From: Clostridia bacterium
GTDB taxonomy: Bacteria; Bacillota; Clostridia; Oscillospirales; CAG-272
Length of the DNA stretch: 57,031 bases
Direction of reading: 5' to 3'
Assembly (NCBI GenBank): GCA_017415485.1
Contig: JAFQGP010000016.1
Span: 1-57,031, forward strand
The translations under genes and the position numbers were made by a program. Position 1 is the first letter of the stretch; every line of letters begins with the position of its first letter. The notes under the pieces are model-generated. The model did no database searches, was not told where the DNA came from, and saw only the letters and a program-made list of their open reading frames with translations. Positions 9,236-16,916 of the stretch are shown here, one piece after another.

Positions 9236-9955
9236 TTAAATCTTTTTCAGATAATCAAGATAGGCAATTTTCAGATCGGGCATCGTTCTGCGGGGGATGG
9301 AAAGGACAGCACCGTTCTCCATCACTACCCTGTCGGCAAGAAGCTTGTCGATGCGGTCGAAATTGATGATATAGGTCTTTCCGCAGGGATAAAAATGACC
9401 GAATGGCACAAGCTTTTCGCAAAGCTCGGAAAAGGACACTCGAACGCGCATCGATTCGCCGTTTTGCATACAGACGTGCTGATAGTGGTTGTCGGACTCG
9501 CTGTAAACAATTTTATCCGCCGACACCTTGCAGTATCCGTTTGATATCTTCAAAAGGACAATTTTCGGGTGTTCCGCGCCAAGCGAACGCAGAGCTTTAT
9601 CGACCGCCTCGAAAAAGTCCTTTTGGGCATAAGGCTTCAGCAGATAATGGGTCGCATTGACGCCGAATGCCTGGAAGGCAAGGTCGGGGGAGGAGGAGGC
9701 AAGGATGATGGGGCTTTCGGTATTTTTCTCGCGAAGCTGTGCCGCAAGGTTCATTCCCGTGATGCCGGGCATGTGGATGTCAAAAAAGAAGATGTCATAA
9801 TCCGCGCCTTGCTCTGTTTTGTCAAGGAAATCAGAGGGACTTGAAAAGCTTTCCACCAGGAAACGAACGCCACGTTCGGCTTGGTATGCCGAAATGAGCG
9901 CGAGGGCTGAATCGAGATATTCTTTTTCGTCATCCAAAATCGCAATTCTTCGCAA
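9236..9955 (-). CDS. LytTR-family response regulator (REC + LytTR), no adjacent kinase
   Basis: IAILDDE, phosphoacceptor DIFFFDIHMP, YLLKP and LytTR-like IVYSES...FYPCGKTYIINF. The start is probably the TTG at 9955 after GAAGGTG; the ATG at 9973 is an alternative. Confidence 0.88.
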   Translation of the reverse strand: MRRIAILDDEKEYLDSALALISAYQAERGVRFLVESFSSPSDFLDKTEQGADYDIFFFDIHMPGITGMNLAAQLREKNTESPIILASSSPDLAFQAFGVNATHYLLKPYAQKDFFEAVDKALRSLGAEHPKIVLLKISNGYCKVSADKIVYSESDNHYQHVCMQNGESMRVRVSFSELCEKLVPFGHFYPCGKTYIINFDRIDKLLADRVVMENGAVLSIPRRTMPDLKIAYLDYLKKI

Positions 9956-10028
9956 CGCCGCACCTTCTTTCATAAAAAAATAAAGCGCCTCCGTGACAGC
10001 CAAAGTCACAGAAAGGAACGCTTGCTTG

Positions 10029-10052
10029 CGTAAAAGAGTTACTTTTACGAAA
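10029..10052. promoter_or_regulatory. Left recombination site (IRL) of a putative invertible segment
   Basis: cgtaaaa-gagttac-ttttacgaaa has dyad arms around a 7-bp asymmetric spacer. Its reverse complement matches 11106-11129 at 23/24. Confidence 0.85.
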
Positions 10053-10995
10053 GTCTGACAAATTCCGAGAACCTTTCCATTTCCTTCTTTTTGGCTTCCA
10101 TTGATGGATGAACGTACAAGTCAAGGGTGATCTTGACGCTTGAATGTCCGAGTATTTCGCTTAAAGACTTGGGATCAAACCCAAGCTCGATCGCGCGGCT
10201 TGCGAAGGTGTGACGTAAGGTGTGGAAATGATACTGCGGGATTTCGCATTCCGTGTAATAGCGCTTTATAATATTCTGATAAGTCCTCGGCTGAGTAAAA
10301 ACGGGCGTTCCCGTTGTAACGTAGCACTCGGGCGAGGCGGCGTGTTGCTGCAATATAACGTTCAAAAAACTCGGTATGGGCACTTCTCTGTCCGAGTATT
10401 CGCTTTTCGGCGTTCCCGTGAGCATATAAGTGCTTCCGTTGCCGTTGCTGACCCGCTGTATGGTTCGTGCGATCCTGATGGTTTGCCTTTTTAAATCAAC
10501 ATCGCCCCACTTAAGACCGCATATCTCGCCCAAGCGCAGACCCGAATACAGGCAGATCAAAACACCCAATTTGTTCAGATCGAGATCGGAAAGTAAATAA
10601 TCGGTAAGCGTTTTTTGCTCCGAAACCGAAAAGACCTGCGGGCGGACAGCTTTAAACGGCTTTGTTTTGGGCGACATTTTCATAATTTTTGGAATATAAC
10701 CGCAATCATACGCATATTTTAACACTTGGTTGATCGTTAAAATATGAAGCTTTGCCGTGCGAAGCTCATATCTTTGCAAGATCTCCTCGCCGAGCTCTGC
10801 CAACAAGTCTTCATTAATATATAAAAGCGGCTTATCTCTCCAAGCATCGCTTCTTGCAATGCTTTGTATTATGCTCCGATACTGCGCTGCGGTCGATTCC
10901 TTTGTTTCAGTCGATTTGATCTTCAGCCAACCCTCCGCAGCCTCTTCAAATGTCGCGGATCCCTCAAAATGACGGTCAAATTCATTTTTCATCAA
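10045..10995 (-). CDS. Tyrosine recombinase (putative invertase)
   Basis: Complete catalytic set: GLRLGE (R), TPKS (K), HTLRH (H-x-x-R), LGHS (H) and LDLYVH (Y). The stop codon lies inside the left inverted repeat. Confidence 0.93.
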   Translation of the reverse strand: MMKNEFDRHFEGSATFEEAAEGWLKIKSTETKESTAAQYRSIIQSIARSDAWRDKPLLYINEDLLAELGEEILQRYELRTAKLHILTINQVLKYAYDCGYIPKIMKMSPKTKPFKAVRPQVFSVSEQKTLTDYLLSDLDLNKLGVLICLYSGLRLGEICGLKWGDVDLKRQTIRIARTIQRVSNGNGSTYMLTGTPKSEYSDREVPIPSFLNVILQQHAASPECYVTTGTPVFTQPRTYQNIIKRYYTECEIPQYHFHTLRHTFASRAIELGFDPKSLSEILGHSSVKITLDLYVHPSMEAKKKEMERFSEFVRLS

Positions 10996-11054
10996 TATTT
11001 CCTCATTTTTTATTCAAAAATGCGCCAAGAGCTTGAAATGTTTACAAAATGTTA

Positions 11055-11083
11055 TTGATTTTTTATCTTGGCGTATATATAAT
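11055..11083 (+). promoter_or_regulatory. Outward-facing sigma-A promoter inside the invertible segment
   Basis: TTGATT (11055-11060), 17 bp, TATAAT (11078-11083). An overlapping minus-strand extended -10 TGCTATAAT (11082-11090) faces the recombinase gene. Confidence 0.7.
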
Positions 11084-11105
11084 TATAGCAGACATTTATT
11101 AACAT

Positions 11106-11129
11106 TTTCGTAAAAGTAACTCTTTTATG
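11106..11129. promoter_or_regulatory. Right recombination site (IRR) of a putative invertible segment
   Basis: tttcgtaaaa-gtaactc-ttttatg. The spacer gtaactc is the reverse complement of the IRL spacer, and 11106-11127 is a perfect 22-bp inverted copy of 10031-10052. Confidence 0.85.
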
Positions 11130-11170
11130 AAAATTTGACATTATTATTATGCCATACGGGGGTGGGGATC

Positions 11171-12169
11171 ATGACGGATAGGTTGAAAAAGATCAATTTT
11201 CTGATCGTGATTCTTTGCATTTTGCTGGCAATCAGCCTGGCGGCGCTGGCTTTTGTTCATTTTTGGGGCGAAAATGCATCGGGCGTTGCTCCCGATAACT
11301 ACATTTTGCCGCAAACGGAGCGTTCGTCGGGGCATTTGCCATCGGGGCTTTATGCTTCACCGCTCAGAACAGTCATTTCATCCTCGCGCGCGAAGGAAAC
11401 TGTGCTCTCGATATACAAAAACCACGCCGAGGACAGCACGCCTTTCAACTCCCCGAATCTTTTCCCCGGCGACAGCGAGTCGAAAAAGTATCTCGTTGAG
11501 GTCTCGCACAGGGGAACTGTCACTGTCCGCTTCCGCGCCGATATACGCGCGGGCTATGATAAACTTGCTGAGGTGCTTATGTGCCGCGTTGAGGTTGCGG
11601 GCGAGGGCGCGCTTTATGACGGACTTATGCGCGATATGCCCGAAAGCCTGAATTGCCGCATCTCTTCGGTGTTCAAAAAAACGACCGATCTTGTCTATAC
11701 CGTCACCGTCTATCTCGAAACGAGTGTCGGAAATGAATATATGGACCGCGAGCTCGTTGCGGATTTCCGCTGGTGGGTCGAGGAAAGCGGAGGAAGCAAT
11801 CCTCCCGTGACCACAGAAAAGCCCGACACGACCAGACCTATCGTGACCGATGAGCCCGACACGACCGAGAAACCCATTGTAACCGACGAACCCACCGTCA
11901 CAGACGAAACTACCGATGAACCCATCGTGACCGATGAACCTACCGATACCGATGAACCCATCGTCACGGCAGAACCGACAGTGACGGAGGAGATCACAAC
12001 CGAGGAAACGACCGCGGATCCCGAGGACACGGGTGAGCTTGTCAGCCCCCCGACGGGCGACAGCTTCCATTCGCTGCTTTGGCTGCTGCTTTTGCTTGCC
12101 GTGATCGTGATCGGCAGAATGCTCTCAAAGAGCGCGCGCCGCGAGTACGGCGAGGAGGGCGAGCGATGA
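11171..12169 (+). CDS. Surface protein with a TasA/camelysin-like domain, Pro/Thr linker and sortase-type C-terminal sorting signal
   Basis: N-terminal hydrophobic segment, NLFPGDS motif resembling the TasA-like PG motif, VTDEP repeats, then SPPTGD, a hydrophobic helix and a basic tail. Confidence 0.7.
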   Translation: MTDRLKKINFLIVILCILLAISLAALAFVHFWGENASGVAPDNYILPQTERSSGHLPSGLYASPLRTVISSSRAKETVLSIYKNHAEDSTPFNSPNLFPGDSESKKYLVEVSHRGTVTVRFRADIRAGYDKLAEVLMCRVEVAGEGALYDGLMRDMPESLNCRISSVFKKTTDLVYTVTVYLETSVGNEYMDRELVADFRWWVEESGGSNPPVTTEKPDTTRPIVTDEPDTTEKPIVTDEPTVTDETTDEPIVTDEPTDTDEPIVTAEPTVTEEITTEETTADPEDTGELVSPPTGDSFHSLLWLLLLLAVIVIGRMLSKSARREYGEEGER

Positions 12170-12708
12170 AAAGAAACACGTCAAAACGCCTCGCTTTCGG
12201 AATTTTTGCGGTGATCCTGCTTTCCGCGGCACTTTGCATAACGACCTATGCTCTGTTTTATGCCACGGTCACGGTCGAGGGCAATTATTTCAAAACGGGA
12301 ATCATAAACATCGATCTCAACGGCGGCGAGCCGGTGATCGAGGAAAGCGAATATCTGTTTGAGCCCGGAATGACGGTCGAAAAGGACTTTTACATACAAA
12401 ACAAGAGCACCTGGGCGGTCTATTACCGGATCTACCTTGACAATGTCGAGGGCGGGCTTGCGGATATACTTGAAATAACCGTTTTTGACGGGGATAACAT
12501 CCTTTATCAAGGCAAGGCATCGGATATGACAAGGCAAAACGCGGGCGCGGCTGATGATATACTTCTGATCGGCGAGCGGCGCGAGCTGAAGATCAGATTC
12601 CACTATCCCAAGGGAAGCACCAATCTCTCGCAGAATTGGGAGCTCAAATTTGACCTCTGCGCCGACGCGGTGCAGGAAAAGAACAACCCCGACAAGGAAT
12701 TCGATTAA
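12166..12708 (+). CDS. Small TasA-like protein with SipW-dependent signal peptide
   Basis: ATG at 12166 overlaps the upstream stop. Sequence shows ...CITTYALF...NYFKTG, LFEPGMTVEKDFYIQN and a terminal ADAVQ. Confidence 0.8.
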   Translation: MKRNTSKRLAFGIFAVILLSAALCITTYALFYATVTVEGNYFKTGIINIDLNGGEPVIEESEYLFEPGMTVEKDFYIQNKSTWAVYYRIYLDNVEGGLADILEITVFDGDNILYQGKASDMTRQNAGAADDILLIGERRELKIRFHYPKGSTNLSQNWELKFDLCADAVQEKNNPDKEFD

Positions 12709-12711
12709 AAA

Positions 12712-13413
12712 ATGAAAAAGGCATTAAATATCATATCCACGGTGCTTGTGTGGTTGCTTGTTGTTGCAACGGTGGGGATAATGATCTTCACTTTCATTTC
12801 CGTCAACACCTTTGACCAGGCGAACAGAAGCATTTTCGGATACAAATTCTTCATCGTCCGATCCGACTCTATGAGCGCAACGGATTTTGACGCGGGCGAC
12901 ATTGTTTTTGTCAAGAACTGTGACCCCTCCACCCTGCAGGCGGGCGATATAATCGCATATACCTCGCAAAACCCGAACAATTTCGGCGACACGGTGACGC
13001 ACAAGATCAGGGAAAGGGTGACGAATGAATACGGCGAGCCCGCGTTCATCACCTACGGTACAACGACAGACACAAACGACGAGACCCCGGTCACGTACCC
13101 CTACGTTCTCGGCAAATATTCGGGCAGGATACCGAAGGTGGGCTCGTTTTTTCAGTTTCTTAAAACGACACCCGGCTATATTCTTTGCATTTTTGTTCCT
13201 TTTCTGCTTCTTATACTTTATCAAGGCTGGAACTGCATCAAAATCTTCCGCAAATACAGGGAGGAGCAGCTTGCCGCCCTCCGCGCGGAGCGCGAGCAGC
13301 TTGAGGAAGAACGCAGACAGTCCGCGGAAATGATGCGCGAGCTTCAGGCACTCAAGGAACAGCTCACGGGCAAGAGCAACGCTGAGCCCGAGAATAAAGA
13401 TATTGACAGCTAA
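12712..13413 (+). CDS. sipW: Signal peptidase I, SipW (S26B/ER-type) family
   Basis: IVRSDSM (catalytic Ser), GDIVF, GDIIAY, VTHKI (His general base) and a C-terminal TM helix; flanked by SipW-type substrates. Confidence 0.9.
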   Translation: MKKALNIISTVLVWLLVVATVGIMIFTFISVNTFDQANRSIFGYKFFIVRSDSMSATDFDAGDIVFVKNCDPSTLQAGDIIAYTSQNPNNFGDTVTHKIRERVTNEYGEPAFITYGTTTDTNDETPVTYPYVLGKYSGRIPKVGSFFQFLKTTPGYILCIFVPFLLLILYQGWNCIKIFRKYREEQLAALRAEREQLEEERRQSAEMMRELQALKEQLTGKSNAEPENKDIDS

Positions 13414-13467
13414 AAGCTGTTTATATATTCGTCTTACAAAAATATATTACTTAGGAGGTAAAACAAA

Positions 13468-15078
13468 ATGACGAATAAGACAACAAAGAGAGCATTGCTT
13501 GCAAGTATAGTCTCCCTCGTACTTTGCTTCTCAATGCTTCTCGGCACCACTTATGCGTGGTTTACTGATAGCGCAAGCTCGGTAAACAATGTTATCAAAT
13601 CCGGTAATCTTGACGTAGTTCTTGAAGTCGGAACACTCAACGCAGGCGGCGCTTCCGCTAACCCCAACGATTGGACTTGGACTGCACTTGATTTGAGCCA
13701 GCCCATCATCGAGCTTGAAGATGTTGAACCCGGTTACGTAGCAACCAAGGCGATCCGTATCCGCAACAATGGCTCGCTCGCTTTCAAGTATCAGCTTTCT
13801 ACAGCGATAGTTTCGGAAACTACCGTTGCTAATATCGAAGGCGGCACCTTCAAGCTTTCTGATTATCTCTATACTTTCACTTCCCAGAGCCTTTCTTTCA
13901 CCGATTGGGATAGAGAAAAGATCCTTGAAATTATCGATATTTCACTTGCCGGAAACTTTAACGACGGCTTTGGTGCAGGCACTTCCAACACCTCTGTAAA
14001 CAGATTCGGTGACATCGTTGCCACAGATTTGGTTCTTAAAGAAGGCGAATCTCAGGCATTTGCTTTTGCTGTAGCAATGCCCACTTGGGTCGATAACAAG
14101 GCAAACCATGCCGGTGTTGCGCCTCAGCTCACTTTCGGTATCAACGTTCTTGCAACTCAGTTTACTTACGAGAAGGATAGCTTCGACGATCAGTATGATA
14201 AAGAAGCTTATTATTCCGGTGCTTTGAACAAAGACGGTAATGTTTATTCTCTCACTGGCGACGCAACGATTGCTGATGAATCCTTCTTTGCTGACTATAA
14301 CGCTACTGATGCTTATACAGTAAATGGTAACGGTCATACTGTTACAGGTGTTGCAACTTATGTTCCAGGATGGGGAAGTATTGGAAACATGCCCGAAAAT
14401 GGCATAGTATTCGCTTCTTCAAATGGTGCAAAAACAACCGTTAATGACATTACATTTACAGGAAATTCTCAGATGATTATGAGTGGTTATTACAATCCCT
14501 CAACTGGTAGCACCAACTACAATTCCGAATTTAACAATGTAAAAGTTGTTGATATCAAAGCAACCGGTTCTGTGAATAATGAGTATTTTGCTATGAGCAT
14601 TTATGGTAATGCAACAATGAACAATTGTACGGTAAAAAATACCACCGTTTCTGCTCTTTGTGATGATCATGCCACAGCAGAGGTATATGATATCGCCATT
14701 GTAAATGGAGCAAAACTGATTGCTAATAACAGCACTTTCGGAAGTCTTTATACTGGAAAGCATACAAGTAGCAACTTTTGGGGCAAGGCTTATGTTGAGC
14801 TGAACAATTCTTCCGCTGATGTTATCTATGCTTGCGGTAGAACTAACGGAGGAGCAACAGTAATCAACAGTGGATCTTATGTTACAAAGATCGTTGCAAA
14901 CAACAACTCAGGTATTAACCTTACAATTGCTGAAGGTGCAGTAGTTGATACTCTCGATCTGACTGCAATCACCGGTGCTGCATCAAAGAGCACATTCAAT
15001 ATTCAGGGTACTGTCAATACAATAGTTGATGGAACTAATGTGTATACTACCATCGACGAGTGGATAGCTGCGCAATAA
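13468..15078 (+). CDS. TasA/camelysin-family protein with SipW-dependent signal peptide and an additional C-terminal beta-rich domain
   Basis: AGGAGG RBS; KRALLASIVSLVLCFSMLLGTTYAWFTD...NNVIKSGNLDV, EPG...IRNNGSLAFKY, and VLATQFTYEKDSFDDQYD closing the conserved domain. Confidence 0.88.
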   Translation: MTNKTTKRALLASIVSLVLCFSMLLGTTYAWFTDSASSVNNVIKSGNLDVVLEVGTLNAGGASANPNDWTWTALDLSQPIIELEDVEPGYVATKAIRIRNNGSLAFKYQLSTAIVSETTVANIEGGTFKLSDYLYTFTSQSLSFTDWDREKILEIIDISLAGNFNDGFGAGTSNTSVNRFGDIVATDLVLKEGESQAFAFAVAMPTWVDNKANHAGVAPQLTFGINVLATQFTYEKDSFDDQYDKEAYYSGALNKDGNVYSLTGDATIADESFFADYNATDAYTVNGNGHTVTGVATYVPGWGSIGNMPENGIVFASSNGAKTTVNDITFTGNSQMIMSGYYNPSTGSTNYNSEFNNVKVVDIKATGSVNNEYFAMSIYGNATMNNCTVKNTTVSALCDDHATAEVYDIAIVNGAKLIANNSTFGSLYTGKHTSSNFWGKAYVELNNSSADVIYACGRTNGGATVINSGSYVTKIVANNNSGINLTIAEGAVVDTLDLTAITGAASKSTFNIQGTVNTIVDGTNVYTTIDEWIAAQ

Positions 15079-15106
15079 TAATATTTTACTAATTTTTGAT
15101 TTTTCA

Positions 15107-15190
15107 GCCACCCATCCCCCACCCGGGGGATGGGCGGCAATCAAAGGGCACAACTTGAAGTAAGAAGTAAGAGGGAAGAAGTAAGAAGTT
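15107..15190 (+). repeat. GC-rich hairpin followed by gaagtaa heptamer repeats
   Basis: gccacccatccccc-accc-gggggatgggcggc, then gaagtaa gaagtaa gagggaa gaagtaa gaagtta. Confidence 0.7.
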
Positions 15191-15238
15191 ATGCTTTTTG
15201 ATTGCTGAAATAAGAAAAAGCCGAAAGGAGGCGCGAAA

Positions 15239-16768
15239 TTGAATACCGAAAGGCTTACGGAAAAAGCGTTTTGCAGAAAAATGACTTTATTCTTCTTGAC
15301 CATTCTTGCCTGCGCCGCCATGATGGCTTCGTCGGCTTACGCTTTGTTCTTTAAGCATATTTCTGCGCAAAATTCAACCCTCGTCGGTGCTTATTATACC
15401 GTGGAGGTCACAAACACCGCAAATAACACCCTCGTCGCTCCTCTTGCTTATGAGGATATGCACGTTTTCACAATAACCTCCCGCGGCACCGCCTCGAAGG
15501 GCTATTGCAAGATCGGGGTGAATGACAACACCTATTACACCGTGGAGATCCCGAAGGATCAGTCCATCACCATCACCATCAAAGCCGCGCGCGACAGCGT
15601 CATCACTTTCACCCCCCAATGGGGCGCGCAAACAGAGATCATCGCATCTATGGCATATAAAGACGGCGACACCGTTATCGATTCGGTAACTCCGCACGCC
15701 ACCTATACCGTCGAGCCCGCCGCAAGGCTTTCCGCCATCGCGGAATACTACGGCGTTCCCGAGGCGGATATCATCATCTACAACAATCTCGTTGCCACCG
15801 CGGACGAATCGGGAAACACCTCGGTTTCCCTGCAGACGGAAAACGGTCTGAAGATCCCCGGCGCGGAGGCAAGCAAAAAGGAAGCATACAAGGTTCCCTT
15901 CTCCACTTACACCGTCGAGCCCACGGCAAAGCTCGAGGACGTCGCGCGCTATTATGAGGTCCCCGTCGCCGATATCCTCGCCTTCAACAAGCCCGAAGAT
16001 CTTTTGGTGCGCCAAACGCTCAAGATCCCCTATGCCGCGCAGAGGGCTGTCCCCTATGCCGTTCCTTTTGCGACCTACAAGGTCGAGGCGACAGCGAAGC
16101 TTAAGAATATTTCGGATCATTACAAAATTTCCGAGGCGGATATCCTTGCCTACAACAACATCACCGCGATCAAGGTCGGTGAGCTGCTGAAGATCCCCGG
16201 CGTCAGCCCGGATACAAAGGCATATGCCGTGCCCTTCAGGGAATATCGCATAGAGCCCACGGCAAGGATCGGTGACATCTCCATCTATTACGGCGTTTCG
16301 GTCGAGGATATCTTCATTTACAACAACATCACAAACGGCATGATCATCGCGGGCACCGTTCTGAAAATTCCAAGCCCCAAGGAAGTGCCGATAGATTATA
16401 AGGTTCCGCATACCATCTACACCGTCGAGCCCACCGCCAAGATCGAGGATATCGCGAAGCATTACGGCGTCACGCCCGATATGATCAAGCGTTTCAACTA
16501 CATTGAGGCAATTGCGACGGGAATGCAGTTAAAGATCCCCTATCCCGTGACAAGCGAGCTTTATAAGATACCGTTCGCCGCCTACACCGTCCCCGAAGGA
16601 GCAACGCTTGAAAATATCGCCAAGCATTACAATATCGCGCCCGCGGATATTCAGGCATTCAATCCGAACATAGAGATCAAAGCGGGCGCAGCCATCCGCA
16701 TCCCCGGCGTTGCCCCCGACTCCCCGCCCTACATCCCCCCGGCAAAGACCGAGGAGAAGAAGCAGTAA
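15239..16768 (+). CDS. Secreted protein with SipW-type signal peptide and six LysM-like repeats
   Basis: TTG start after AAAGGAGG; ...ASSAYALF...N signal; six YTVEPTAKLEDIAxxYGV...IxxxN...LKIP units. Confidence 0.85.
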   Translation: MNTERLTEKAFCRKMTLFFLTILACAAMMASSAYALFFKHISAQNSTLVGAYYTVEVTNTANNTLVAPLAYEDMHVFTITSRGTASKGYCKIGVNDNTYYTVEIPKDQSITITIKAARDSVITFTPQWGAQTEIIASMAYKDGDTVIDSVTPHATYTVEPAARLSAIAEYYGVPEADIIIYNNLVATADESGNTSVSLQTENGLKIPGAEASKKEAYKVPFSTYTVEPTAKLEDVARYYEVPVADILAFNKPEDLLVRQTLKIPYAAQRAVPYAVPFATYKVEATAKLKNISDHYKISEADILAYNNITAIKVGELLKIPGVSPDTKAYAVPFREYRIEPTARIGDISIYYGVSVEDIFIYNNITNGMIIAGTVLKIPSPKEVPIDYKVPHTIYTVEPTAKIEDIAKHYGVTPDMIKRFNYIEAIATGMQLKIPYPVTSELYKIPFAAYTVPEGATLENIAKHYNIAPADIQAFNPNIEIKAGAAIRIPGVAPDSPPYIPPAKTEEKKQ

Positions 16769-16776
16769 AATATCAA

Positions 16777-16808
16777 GGGACTGAGCCACAGATCAAGGCT
16801 CAGTCCCG
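16777..16808 (+). terminator. Intrinsic terminator of the SipW operon
   Basis: gggactgagcc...ggctcagtccc followed by attattttt. Confidence 0.7.
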
Positions 16809-16916
16809 ATTATTTTTCAGAAATATTCCAAACCCTCTTTACAAACGCGCGAAAATTTGGTATCATATATAGTGGATAAAAATAATCCTTAATCTATAAA
16901 AAGCGAGGAAAAAACT

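Noticed and set aside
11135-11170. TTGACA at 11135-11140 as a promoter outside the switch, and the TTG start at 11135
   Set aside because: There is no -10 at a 16-18-bp spacing, and the hexamer is part of the extended recombination arm. The ATG at 11171 has a purine-rich RBS-like stretch.
10045-16768. Recombinase as the integrase of a prophage or ICE carrying the SipW operon
   Set aside because: The flanking sites are inverted and enclose only the recombinase and a promoter. No direct att repeats, tRNA target, excisionase, conjugation or phage genes were seen.
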